In this document: piece by piece, positions 10,118 to 19,623 of the stretch | Position numbering within the stretch: the stretch's first letter is position 1 | How the letters are laid out: each line of letters begins with the position of its first letter | The notes under the pieces: generated by a model | Database searches by the model: none | The model's input: only the letters and a program-made list of their open reading frames with translations | Told to the model about the DNA's origin: nothing | Made by a program: the position numbers and the translations under genes | Source: Alphaproteobacteria bacterium | Lineage (GTDB): Bacteria > Pseudomonadota > Alphaproteobacteria > Micavibrionales > Micavibrionaceae | NCBI GenBank assembly: GCA_041397865.1 | Contig: JAWKVT010000003.1 | Coordinates: forward strand, 22,794 to 86,793 | DNA length: 64,000 nt | Direction: 5' to 3'

Positions 10118-10185
10118 ATGGGAACTTAGGACAACTACGCGCACAAAAAAGCGCCGCCTTTCAAAACGTGTGAGGAGAGGGACCA

Positions 10186-12255
10186 ATGGCACCAAACAAC
10201 GCCGCAGCAATAGCGCAAATTGATGCGCACATAGCGGCCATCCAAAACGGCGACGACGGACGCGCCGCCCCCGAACCCAAATCCGCCACTGACGCCCCGA
10301 ACGATCAAACCACGCAAAAGCGGCAACTCGTCCAAGCAGCGCTATCTATAACAAAACGGTTCAAAGCACTTAAAACCGGAGCCGACACAACCCGCGAACG
10401 AATAACAGAACACACACAAAGGCTGGAACACATAAATGCGCAACTTCGTCCCCTTCTGGAAAGCGAAAACAAAAACAAAAAATTACGAAAAAAAATAGAG
10501 TCTATAAACTCAGAATGTGACCGGCTGGCAGAAAATGACGAGCAGCTCCGCAGCCTGACAACAACCCTGTCTGAAAAATTAGAAGACACGAACGACCGGA
10601 TTAACAATTTGCTGGGCTTGCTAAAAACCAAGGCCGCCGACGCCGAAATTATTTCCACGGCACAAAGCCATATTGACGGCATAAAGGAACAAATTACCGA
10701 ATTAGCAAATATAAAAAATCAAATAAACCAACAACTGACATATAAAACCGGCATTCTGGATAATATAGAAGAACAGCTCAACGCCATATCTGTGCCCGAT
10801 TTAACCAAGCAGGTTAGACTAAAATCAGACATTTCCACTTACCCGTCCGCCACAGATGAAGATTTGAAACCGCAAACAGCGCCCGGAATCTTCACTCCAT
10901 TCTTGGCTTTTCTGAAAAAGTTTTTCACCGGCACAAAATACGAACCCCTGCCGCTCCACGAACGCATCGACCCGATCTTGTCCAAACCCACCGGCCCGGC
11001 ACCGGAAACACCGCTGCCCGCAATTTTCAGATACCCCAGAAAAGCACAAAATCCAGATACCGCAGCAAAACCCTCTGCACCGGAGCAAACCCCTACACAG
11101 GAACAAACCATCCCCAATCTGGATGTTTCATCAGGTTGGAAAACATACCTCGAAAAAAGGAACGCCATAGACGAAAAAGTGCAAGCTGCCGCCGCCATAC
11201 AGCAACAACCCGGAACCGGAATGTGGGAAGATATACAAAACTGGTGGCGCAACCTGTGCAACAATAAAAGCAATGACAAAAACGATCCGCTCACGCAAAA
11301 AATAAGAGCAGCGCTGGAAGAATCCTACCGGAACGGCTCACGCCAACGCCCCGAAAACAGCCAGCCCAACGGCAACCAAAACGGCCCCGATAACACGCCG
11401 CCACCGGAAGTAATAACTTGCCCGCAGCCACCACACACAGAGCCACAACCCGAAGACCCGCAACAACCGGAAAGCAGCAATCAGCCCCCGGAAAAACAAC
11501 CGGCGCAAAACGGCAATGAAAACAACAAAGAAAACAGCCCAAGCATAGAAAAAACAAAAAAAGAAACAAAGGACACCGAAATCCCACCACCAGCCGCTGC
11601 GCCATCCGAACCGCAAACTTTCGTGCAACAACCCATACCGCCAAGTCGCGCAAATGCTGCAAACCCTCAACCTGCGCATATGACAGGAAACAACGTCATA
11701 AACCTAAACGCACACGGAACAAGTGTACACATATCCGCCAACCCCCAATCAACAATCAACCAGACCATACGCCCGGACGGAAGCCTGAATATCACAATCG
11801 GACCCGCCTTTGCCCAAACCGCAAGCAATGAAAATACACCCGGGGCAGCACCTGCCCAACCAACCCCGGAGGAAGCAACAACGGGGCCGACAATCCAGCC
11901 TACACGCACACAGCAGCGCCGCCTACCGGAGCCGCCAAAACCCGGTAAACTTGCTCTGAGTGAGTACGCCCCCACGCTTGGCGCCACCTTCCTTAAAAGC
12001 GCCAACATAAACCCCCTTGCAATCAAGGGCGTTACGGAAATCAACGATGAAAACAAACTGGTTTTCGAACTAAAAGACGGACAAGCCATCACCGTCCCGA
12101 TTGATACCGCACAACACCACTTCGAAAACACGCGGGATCTGGCCGTCGGTATAAACCGGGCGCTGGATATAATAAACAGGAAGTCCGCGCACGACACGTT
12201 GTCCGAAAAAGAAATGTGGGCACGACGGGCAGAATTTCTACCTGCTGCCGCTTAG
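10186..12255 (+). CDS. hypothetical protein, N-terminal coiled coil and central Pro/Gln/Asn-rich low-complexity region
   Basis: 689-aa ORF with GGAGAGGG RBS. No signal peptide. PPPEVITCPQPPHTEPQPEDPQQPESSNQPPEKQP low-complexity tract. Confidence 0.6.
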   Translation: MAPNNAAAIAQIDAHIAAIQNGDDGRAAPEPKSATDAPNDQTTQKRQLVQAALSITKRFKALKTGADTTRERITEHTQRLEHINAQLRPLLESENKNKKLRKKIESINSECDRLAENDEQLRSLTTTLSEKLEDTNDRINNLLGLLKTKAADAEIISTAQSHIDGIKEQITELANIKNQINQQLTYKTGILDNIEEQLNAISVPDLTKQVRLKSDISTYPSATDEDLKPQTAPGIFTPFLAFLKKFFTGTKYEPLPLHERIDPILSKPTGPAPETPLPAIFRYPRKAQNPDTAAKPSAPEQTPTQEQTIPNLDVSSGWKTYLEKRNAIDEKVQAAAAIQQQPGTGMWEDIQNWWRNLCNNKSNDKNDPLTQKIRAALEESYRNGSRQRPENSQPNGNQNGPDNTPPPEVITCPQPPHTEPQPEDPQQPESSNQPPEKQPAQNGNENNKENSPSIEKTKKETKDTEIPPPAAAPSEPQTFVQQPIPPSRANAANPQPAHMTGNNVINLNAHGTSVHISANPQSTINQTIRPDGSLNITIGPAFAQTASNENTPGAAPAQPTPEEATTGPTIQPTRTQQRRLPEPPKPGKLALSEYAPTLGATFLKSANINPLAIKGVTEINDENKLVFELKDGQAITVPIDTAQHHFENTRDLAVGINRALDIINRKSAHDTLSEKEMWARRAEFLPAAA

Positions 12256-12324
12256 TCAGGATCAAAAACGCCCGGCCCAGGATTTTAATTCCAATTCCGC
12301 CGGAAATTTGCTTTCATAACGCAC

Positions 12325-13317
12325 ATGAAAACACATTTACCGCTCCTGTTAACTTTAACAACCCTGCTCGCCGCCCCGGTATATGCACAACCATCCCCGC
12401 AATTTGCTTTCCCGGTTGATTGCACGCTCGGCACAAATTGCTGGATCGCCAATTACGTAGATACCGACCCGGCCCCCGACTCCCACAAAGATTTCAAATG
12501 TGGCGGCAAAACATATGAAAACCATAAGGGAACAGACTTCGCCCTGCGCAATTATGCGGAAATGGAAAAAGGTGTCGATGTTCTGGCCGCAAAAGCCGGA
12601 ACCGTCCTGCGCCTGCGCGATGGCGAAAATGACAAACTCAAAACCCGCGCAGAGCTTGAAAACATCTCCACCGCCAATAAAGATTGCGGCAACGGTATCG
12701 TTCTCGATCACGGCAGCGGCCTGCTTAGCTATTACTGCCATCTTAAAGACGGCTCCATCACCGTAACGCCGGGCCAAAAAATCGAAGAAGGCCAAAAAAT
12801 CGCACAAATCGGTCAGTCCGGCTACGCCGAATTCCCGCACCTTCACCTCACCCTCATCTGGGAAGGCAGCCATATCGACCCCTTCACCGGACTGGCCAAA
12901 GAAGAGGGATGCGGAAATTTTAAAGACAATCTCTGGAAAGACGATCTGGCCTACGCCCCTTACGCCATTTTTGACGGTGGTTTTTCATCGCGTGTTCCGG
13001 ACTTCAAAACCATAGAGGCCGGAACCCCGGACCAAAACCGCCCGAGCCTCGCCGGTGAGGCCTTCGTCTTCTGGGTCAGCTTCTATCAGGTGGAAAAAGA
13101 CAGTGAAATCACCCTGACAATCAAAGATCCCAAAGGCGGTATTTTTGCACATACGGTAACAACGCAGGATAAACACGCCGCCCGCCAGCATTATTACACA
13201 GGCCGAAAATTAAACGCGCATACGCGCCTCATCTCCGGCACGTACACCGGCATCGCCACCATCAAATACGCAGGCGAAGCGCCACAAAGCGCCGAATACA
13301 AAATAGAGATAAAATAA
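12325..13317 (+). CDS. secreted M23 family metallopeptidase
   Basis: Signal peptide LLLTLTTLLAAPVYAQ. HKGTDFAL ... GNGIVLDHGSGLLSYYCHL ... GQSGYAEFPHLHLTL (HxxxD / HxH LytM motifs). Confidence 0.85.
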   Translation: MKTHLPLLLTLTTLLAAPVYAQPSPQFAFPVDCTLGTNCWIANYVDTDPAPDSHKDFKCGGKTYENHKGTDFALRNYAEMEKGVDVLAAKAGTVLRLRDGENDKLKTRAELENISTANKDCGNGIVLDHGSGLLSYYCHLKDGSITVTPGQKIEEGQKIAQIGQSGYAEFPHLHLTLIWEGSHIDPFTGLAKEEGCGNFKDNLWKDDLAYAPYAIFDGGFSSRVPDFKTIEAGTPDQNRPSLAGEAFVFWVSFYQVEKDSEITLTIKDPKGGIFAHTVTTQDKHAARQHYYTGRKLNAHTRLISGTYTGIATIKYAGEAPQSAEYKIEIK

Positions 13318-13331
13318 ACCCCTAGCACCGG

Positions 13332-13859
13332 CTAACGCCGCCGCCGCAACAACACATACAGCGCACCATCCCCGCCATGCTGTGGCCGCGCTTTCTCAAA
13401 CTTCAAAACCACTGCATCCAGCGGCGGCGAATCCATCCACTCCGGCACCTTGCGCTTTAAAACCCCCTGCCCTTGCACAAGCGGGTCGCGCCGCCCGTCC
13501 GCCCCCGCACCCTTACCGGTAATAACCAAAACGCAGCGCTTCTCCGCATGATACGACGCGCCAATAAAAGCGTTCAAAGCCTCATACGCCTGATCCTGCC
13601 GCAAACCGTGTAAATCCAACCTCCCTTCAATCGGCATCTGGCCTTTTCGAAATTTCTCCGCCGTCTTACGATCAACCCCGTGGCCCATAACCTTCTTCGG
13701 CGTTACAACCGCCTCCGTCACCCGCCGCTTTGCCGGCGCGGCTTTCGGCCTCTCAGCTACCGGTTCAGGCTCCCTGCCATCCTTCACCGGCTGTTCCCGC
13801 TTAATCTTTTGAACATCGCGCATCATATGCGCCCAAAGCTCGTCATCATCCTCGCACAT
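13332..13859 (-). CDS. Smr domain-containing protein
   Basis: C-terminal LDLHGLRQDQAYEALNAFI ... VLVITGKG ... GVLKRKVPEWM. Start set at ATG 13859 (MCEDDDELW). Confidence 0.78.
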   Translation of the reverse strand: MCEDDDELWAHMMRDVQKIKREQPVKDGREPEPVAERPKAAPAKRRVTEAVVTPKKVMGHGVDRKTAEKFRKGQMPIEGRLDLHGLRQDQAYEALNAFIGASYHAEKRCVLVITGKGAGADGRRDPLVQGQGVLKRKVPEWMDSPPLDAVVLKFEKARPQHGGDGALYVLLRRRR

Positions 13860-13963
13860 CACCTCATCATAAGACAAAACCGCAAAAATCCATAGAGTCG
13901 ACAAATCTGGCATAAATCGCGTAATTTTGTTATAATGAAGGTGGGGACAATAGGTGTAATAGG

Positions 13964-14539
13964 ATGTTCAGCGCCCTCGGAAACATATTTTCTATCAAGC
14001 CGCGTCAGGCCGAACAAACAGATACCCGTCAGGATATCCGGCGCCATGACCCCGATTACGAACGTCCGCACAAAGAAAAACCACACAAAGAAGAAAGTGA
14101 TTTCGACCAAGATGGCGCAACCGTATCGGTCGAGGCCCTGTGGATCTTCCTCGAAAATTTCATCAAAAACGTCGCGGAAGAAAATGCGCCCAGTGCCGAA
14201 ACACAAGACCCCGCGCCGCAAGGCCATGCCATGCAAACCGAAACAAATCCGGCAATAAACGAAAAACAGGCAAAATCAAGCCCCGCCGCCTACGCCGCAT
14301 CAAGCTACCAGAACGCCGCACAAGCAAACGAAAAAAGCGCGATATTGCTTGAAACAACCGACGCCGCAAGCGGCCCGCCGCTGGACTTAAGCGCCGCCGA
14401 TATCCGCGCCATCCACACATTGATTGAGGATCTTAAAATCCTCAACGCCGCAAATATCGAATACCTGAAAATCGAACGCGCCGCCAGCTTCCTTGAAAGC
14501 CTGCGCAATGCGGTCAACAAAGTAAAAACCTCACTCTGA
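13964..14539 (+). CDS. hypothetical protein
   Basis: 191-aa ORF with a charged N-terminal half. No motif recognised. Its 3' end overlaps the convergent regulator gene by 9 nt. Confidence 0.45.
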   Translation: MFSALGNIFSIKPRQAEQTDTRQDIRRHDPDYERPHKEKPHKEESDFDQDGATVSVEALWIFLENFIKNVAEENAPSAETQDPAPQGHAMQTETNPAINEKQAKSSPAAYAASSYQNAAQANEKSAILLETTDAASGPPLDLSAADIRAIHTLIEDLKILNAANIEYLKIERAASFLESLRNAVNKVKTSL

Positions 14540-15133
14540 AAGAATATACCCCGCCTCGCTCGTCAGCAAAATTTCAGGACTGGCCGGGTCTTTCTCTATT
14601 TTTTGCCGAAGCCTGTATATATGCGTCTCCAGCGTATGCGTTTCGATATCGCTCCCGTATCCCCACACCGCATGCAAAAGATCCTCACGCAAAACCGGCT
14701 GGCCGGTATGCTCATGCAAAAAAACAAGTATTTCCTTCTCCTTCTCCGTCAGGCGAATCTCAGCCACGCCCTCACCTGCATGACGTCCGCGCAAGATATT
14801 ACGAACGGGATCAACCACCCACGGCCCCACGAATATGGTGTTAAGCGGCGCAGACACCGCCCCGCGCGCAATCAAACGCCTGAGCGCATCGCCCACCGCA
14901 CCGATACGTACAGGCTTGGGCAAATGCATACACGGCTCAAACCCCGAAACACTGCTGTCTTTCTCTCCAATCAATAGGCACAAATCCGCCGCCGCGCCAT
15001 GAAACTCCGCAGAAGAACAAACAACGCACGTCCCCCCGCCCGAAAACGCGAGTTGCCCGGCATAAAGCCGCAAAACACGGCGCGAACGCGCATCCTCGTC
15101 AACAATCGCAATCCGCGGTTTCTCATCATCCAT
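14531..15133 (-). CDS. OmpR/PhoB-type winged-helix transcriptional regulator with short, atypical receiver-like N-terminus
   Basis: C-terminal LTEKEKEILVFLHEHTGQPVLREDLLHAVWGYGSDIETHTLETHIYRLRQKI is a typical trans_reg_C domain. The N-terminal roughly 100 aa (IAIVDED..., LPKP) only partly matches a receiver domain. Start set at ATG 15133. Confidence 0.7.
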   Translation of the reverse strand: MDDEKPRIAIVDEDARSRRVLRLYAGQLAFSGGGTCVVCSSAEFHGAAADLCLLIGEKDSSVSGFEPCMHLPKPVRIGAVGDALRRLIARGAVSAPLNTIFVGPWVVDPVRNILRGRHAGEGVAEIRLTEKEKEILVFLHEHTGQPVLREDLLHAVWGYGSDIETHTLETHIYRLRQKIEKDPASPEILLTSEAGYILSE

Positions 15134-15287
15134 AGCGGGAAAAAACCTCCATATCCGGCCCTTCAAACGCCCCTTGCGCAAAACCACAATACCCCCAACA
15201 CGCTGATTTTTCTAGCTTTACAGACAAAACATATTGGCATGGCGCTTGCAGCCTTGTTTTCATGAACTTGCCGAAAGAACAAAAATC

Positions 15288-15974
15288 ATGATGGACGGCC
15301 TCTACAGCGCCCTGCAACAATATCCGGCCCACCGACAACAACAAATCGCGCCGCAAAAAACCCTGCACATGGTCAAAAATGATCGCATGGCAGGCTCCGT
15401 CCCGTCTTGGACAACAACCGGCGCAAACAGCATCGAAACATCGCTAAGCCGTGCCGCAGCGGCAGCCGAAACAAAAACGCTTCCCCAAAACGCCCTGAGC
15501 TATAAAGCCCCCGCCATCCCCGCCAAAAAAGCGCAAACCGAAGCGTTCGGCTTTGGTGATTTGCTGGATATGGTCAACCCGCTCCATCACATTCCAATCG
15601 TTGGGAATTTTTACCGCGAACTTACCGGCGATGAAATCAAGCCCATCGGAAAAATCATGGGCGGTGCGATTTTTGGCGGCCCGCTTGGCGCCGCCGCCGG
15701 GCTTGTGAATCTGGTCGCCGAACAGGAAACCGGCAAAGACATAACCGAAAACGCTATCGCTTTTGTCGCAAGCGGAAATGCGCCGCATTGGCGTTCGCAC
15801 GATACGGTTTTAAGCCAAACCCCGGAAACACGGCTCGCCGCCGCGCAAACAGAAACAAAGGAAAATATGCCCGCCAATCTTCTCGCCTTCGTGGACATGA
15901 AAGCCCGTCCCGAAATCGTGATCCAAAGAACCGCGCCGCGCCAACCTATAACCCAAATGCGTTTTAACAGCTAA
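15288..15974 (+). CDS. hypothetical protein
   Basis: ORF with a Gly-rich hydrophobic segment, IMGGAIFGGPLGAAAGLVNL. Start set at ATG 15288 (MMDGLY). Confidence 0.45.
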   Translation: MMDGLYSALQQYPAHRQQQIAPQKTLHMVKNDRMAGSVPSWTTTGANSIETSLSRAAAAAETKTLPQNALSYKAPAIPAKKAQTEAFGFGDLLDMVNPLHHIPIVGNFYRELTGDEIKPIGKIMGGAIFGGPLGAAAGLVNLVAEQETGKDITENAIAFVASGNAPHWRSHDTVLSQTPETRLAAAQTETKENMPANLLAFVDMKARPEIVIQRTAPRQPITQMRFNS

Positions 15975-15986
15975 GACCAAAACGCA

Positions 15987-16670
15987 TCAAAGCCGTACCC
16001 CAAAAACCCCGGTTCCCACGCGCACATAGGTCGCACCCAAAGCAATCGCTTTGTCAAAATCCGCGCTCATCCCCATGCTCAGCTCTTTCAAATCAAGCTC
16101 TGCCGCATATTTTTGCAACAAGGCAAAATGTAGCGCCGCCGGTTCGCCTGCGGGCGGAATGCACATAAGACCAATTACTTTCAACCCGCATTCATAATAG
16201 CAATAATCATAAAACGCCGTCACCTGCGCCGGGGGCACGCCCGCTTTTTGCTCTTCCTCCCCGGTATTGACCTGAATAAAACACGGCAAATCACGCCCCT
16301 GCACGGCCATTTCTTTCGCCAGCGCATCAGCAAGTTTTTCCCGATCAAGCGTCTCAATCACATCAAACAGCTTCACCGCCTCTTTAACCTTATTCGTTTG
16401 TAATGGGCCGATAAGATGAAGCTTTAAATCCGGATATTGCAACCGCCGCTCCTGCCAGCGCTGCGCCGCTTCCTGCACGCGGTTCTCTCCAAAAAGCCGA
16501 TGCCCCGCCGCCAAAGCCTCCTCAATCCGCTCATCAGGCTGCTTCTTACTCACGGCAACAAGATTCACATCCGCCGGATCGCGCCCGGCACTTTCCGCCG
16601 CAGCGCTTATAGCGTCTTGAATATCTTTAAGATTTTCCTCAACAGACATAAGTTCCTTTATAAATGTCAT
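15987..16670 (-). CDS. yggS: YggS family pyridoxal-phosphate homeostasis protein
   Basis: LVAVSKKQP (PLP Lys), [29 protein letters not shown] and VRVGTGVFG. The alternative start at 16649 (MSVEEN) is also plausible. Confidence 0.88.
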   Translation of the reverse strand: MTFIKELMSVEENLKDIQDAISAAAESAGRDPADVNLVAVSKKQPDERIEEALAAGHRLFGENRVQEAAQRWQERRLQYPDLKLHLIGPLQTNKVKEAVKLFDVIETLDREKLADALAKEMAVQGRDLPCFIQVNTGEEEQKAGVPPAQVTAFYDYCYYECGLKVIGLMCIPPAGEPAALHFALLQKYAAELDLKELSMGMSADFDKAIALGATYVRVGTGVFGVRL

Positions 16671-16691
16671 CCCGAGCGAAGTCGAGGGGTC
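16666..16691. repeat. short purine-rich pseudo-palindromic element (possible degenerate relative)
   Basis: GTCATCCCGAGCGAAGTCGAGGGGTC overlaps the annotated yggS start. CCC/GGG ends flank GAGCGAAG-TCGAG. Confidence 0.25.
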
Positions 16692-16760
16692 TGATTATGT
16701 TTCAGATCCTTCCACTCCCCCGGAACAAATCCGGGGTTAAATCGGGAGATGACAGGAAAC

Positions 16761-16790
16761 AAAAAAGAAAGGGCGCCAGAAAGCGCCCTT
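16761..16790 (-). terminator. rho-independent terminator downstream of the porin gene
   Basis: 8-bp GC-rich stem AAGGGCGC / GCGCCCTT with a 6-nt loop, followed on the minus strand by TCTTTTTT. Confidence 0.7.
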
Positions 16791-16815
16791 CCAAATTTTT
16801 AAGGTTCGAATCAAC

Positions 16816-17994
16816 TTAGAAGTTGATTTGTGTACCCAATGTTACAGATGTCGCATCGATGCTGTCACCTGTTGTCAGACCGGCAACATTGTCGTGCTCT
16901 ACGTGTGAGATAGAACCACGGAATGTCATACCAGGACCGTAAGTATAAACAACACCGCCTGTGTAGCGATCTGTTTCAATACCGTCATTACCGACAGCGC
17001 CGGCAATGTTACGTGTACCGTCTACATTCATGTATGAAGCACCGAGTTTGAAAGGACCGGTTGTGTAGTCAACACCAACAACCCATGTCTGTTCGTCATC
17101 CATCTCGTCTGTCGCTGAAACAGGGTCTTCACCGTAGTTGTCTTCTTTATAAGAAGCACCGACGCCAAAAGGCCCGATATCAAGGTCAAGACCGACGTTC
17201 CAAGCTTGACGGTCATCAGAGAATGAATCACCAGCAGCCTGAGGTGCCAGATTTTCTTCCAGATCAACATGCGTATAACCTGCACCGGCGATGATGCCGA
17301 CATTGTTGAACATGCCTTCGTAACGAACAGCACCTTCATAAGCTGAACCCAGAGTGTCATCAACTTCATCGAGGTTCAAAGCATCTTCCGTAGAAGCGTC
17401 TGCAACGTCAGGAGTGTATGACAAACCAAGCTGGAAACCGTTCATAATTGGTGAAAGGTATGTCAGCTTGTCAGCATAGCCTGTAACATCTTGTGCATAG
17501 TCAAGACCAAGGCCGCCTTCAACAGCAAGTGTTGTCAGACCTGTACCGCCTGTAGCCGTTGTGTAGTGAACAGGATTCACATACTGACGGATACCGTCGA
17601 TGTTAGAGTCACCGGAAGGAGCAGCAACCTGAAGAAGGTAAGCAGCGCCATCTTCAGCACCGAAGTTTACACGGCCCCAGCCGCCTGAGAAATAAACATA
17701 GCTCTCTTGGGCTTCAAAGCTATCTGCTGAGTTACCATCAGCTTCAGCTTCAATATGCGCACCAACTGTCAGACCGTTGTCCAGAGTTGTTTCGCCACCG
17801 AAGTGAACTTCTGTGTTACGGATGATGTCCAGATCACGGTTTTCGGCTGTAGCAGCAGAATCTTCGTCAGTATCTGAATAAACACCGTAACCTTTAAAAT
17901 AACCGCCAAGCTCAAGCTTAACCTGAGCAGCAGCCGGGTTGGCGATTACAGCCATACCGGCAATAGCAGCCGTGCTTAAAAGTACTTTTTTCAT
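16816..17994 (-). CDS. outer-membrane porin
   Basis: Signal peptide MKKVLLSTAAIAGMAVIANPAAAQ, alternating beta-strand pattern, Gly/Asp/Tyr-rich, C-terminal ...LGTQINF. Start set at ATG 17994. Confidence 0.8.
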   Translation of the reverse strand: MKKVLLSTAAIAGMAVIANPAAAQVKLELGGYFKGYGVYSDTDEDSAATAENRDLDIIRNTEVHFGGETTLDNGLTVGAHIEAEADGNSADSFEAQESYVYFSGGWGRVNFGAEDGAAYLLQVAAPSGDSNIDGIRQYVNPVHYTTATGGTGLTTLAVEGGLGLDYAQDVTGYADKLTYLSPIMNGFQLGLSYTPDVADASTEDALNLDEVDDTLGSAYEGAVRYEGMFNNVGIIAGAGYTHVDLEENLAPQAAGDSFSDDRQAWNVGLDLDIGPFGVGASYKEDNYGEDPVSATDEMDDEQTWVVGVDYTTGPFKLGASYMNVDGTRNIAGAVGNDGIETDRYTGGVVYTYGPGMTFRGSISHVEHDNVAGLTTGDSIDATSVTLGTQINF

Positions 17995-18259
17995 TATCAT
18001 TCCTCCAATAAACAGATGATAATAGTTGAACAAAAGGCTCGAAACGAACCAGTGATATTCGCCTTGTACAAGCGAACACACACAGTAAGCCCCAATAAAA
18101 GCCTCGTATCAACGCGAATTTGAAACCGATATGTCACATTTTTTCTACACGTTGCATTTTTGCAACATCGCCGGACAGCGGAAATATGAAAAAATACGGC
18201 AAAAAACCCCTCTTGAGACACAAAGCGCGACATGCTAATTATCCTGAAATAAATGAGGA

Positions 18260-18838
18260 GTGCAAAATAAAGCCATGCATGATATCCGGAAAAGCTTTTT
18301 ATCTTTATGCCTTTGCCTTGCCGCAGCGATAACCTTAAACGCTTGCGCAAGCGAAGAGGGCGGACTTATTAAAACCGAAGCCAAATACCCCACCGGTGTA
18401 GACCGTGACGGCCAGCAAGGCGGCGACATCTACGCCAAAGCCCCCAGCATTTTCGGCTCCGAAGGCCTGTCCTTTGGCGGTAAAAAAGATAAAGACAGCG
18501 AGGATGGTTCTTCCGGCATCGCCGTAAACAGCTTCCTCTGGCGCGCCTCGCTCGATACCGTCTCCTTCATGCCGCTCGCCAGCGCCGACCCGTTTGGCGG
18601 CGTAATCCTCACCGATTGGTACACCCCGGCGGAAAACGCCGATGAGCGCTTTAAACTCAATGTTTTTATTCTCAGCCGCGCCTTACGTTCCGACGGTGTG
18701 CAGGTTCGCGTTTTTAAGCAGGTCAAAAGCAAAGGCTCTTGGCGCGATATGAAACCCTCCGCCGAAACCGCCCGTCAGCTTGAAGACACAATCTTAACCC
18801 GTGCCCGCCAGCTCCGCGTCGCCCAACTCGGTGAATGA
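18260..18838 (+). CDS. lipoprotein (DUF3576-like)
   Basis: Lipobox AITLNAC. SFLWRASLDTVSFMPLASADPFGGVILTDWY resembles the alphaproteobacterial DUF3576 family; this assignment is from memory. Confidence 0.55.
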   Translation: MQNKAMHDIRKSFLSLCLCLAAAITLNACASEEGGLIKTEAKYPTGVDRDGQQGGDIYAKAPSIFGSEGLSFGGKKDKDSEDGSSGIAVNSFLWRASLDTVSFMPLASADPFGGVILTDWYTPAENADERFKLNVFILSRALRSDGVQVRVFKQVKSKGSWRDMKPSAETARQLEDTILTRARQLRVAQLGE

Positions 18839-19614
18839 TTCCCGCATTTGTAATATCTCTCAAGGAAGAGACCGCCCGGCGGGAAGCCATTTCAGCGCAC
18901 CTTAAAGAACGCGGCTTTGAATTCGAATTTTTCGATGCCGTAGACGGACGGCAAATGGATGTGCTTAAACACCCGGATTATGATGCCACAAAACGCCGCG
19001 CGGCCCATGGCCGCGACCTCAAACCCGGCGAACTGGGATGCCTTCTCTCTCATCGCAATATCTATGAGGAAATTGTAAAACGAAACCTCGATATTGCTTT
19101 GATTCTTGAAGACGACGCCCGCCTGCACGAAGACACAAAAGCCGTGCTGGAGGCGCTTTTAAAGAAAAATATAACCTTTGATCTCATCCGCCTTTTAGGA
19201 AGCCCGAAAGTGGCCAAAGGCAAACACCGCAAAATCGCAAAACTCTTCAAAGACTTCTGGCTTGTTCGCCTGCGCACAACGCCCGGAGGCGCTCACGCCA
19301 CGCTCGTCACCCGCCGGGGGGCGAAAAAACTGGTCAAGACAACACAAAAATTTGCCTTTCCGATAGACACCATTTTGGGCCGCGGCTGGGAAACCGGGAT
19401 TGACGCCTATTCCATCCAGCCCGGTCTCGCCGTTCAGGACCTCTCCTTTGAATCTGCCATCGGTGAAGAACGGCATGACAAAACCGCGGTGCCCAAAAAC
19501 CTCAAATTCAAATTTACCCGTCTGGTTTTTAAAATCGGAGAGGCCGCCGGCAAAGCGCAAGTCTATTACGCAAATGCACCACGGGACCTTGCCACACGCA
19601 AAAAATTCAGCTAA
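18835..19614 (+). CDS. glycosyltransferase family 25 (LPS/LOS biosynthesis)
   Basis: N-terminus IPAFVISLKEETARREAISAHLKERGFEFEFFDAVDGR and ...GELGCLLSHRNIY...LILEDD are typical of GT25. Start overlaps the upstream stop by 4 nt. Confidence 0.78.
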   Translation: MIPAFVISLKEETARREAISAHLKERGFEFEFFDAVDGRQMDVLKHPDYDATKRRAAHGRDLKPGELGCLLSHRNIYEEIVKRNLDIALILEDDARLHEDTKAVLEALLKKNITFDLIRLLGSPKVAKGKHRKIAKLFKDFWLVRLRTTPGGAHATLVTRRGAKKLVKTTQKFAFPIDTILGRGWETGIDAYSIQPGLAVQDLSFESAIGEERHDKTAVPKNLKFKFTRLVFKIGEAAGKAQVYYANAPRDLATRKKFS

Positions 19615-19623
19615 TCGTCTCTT

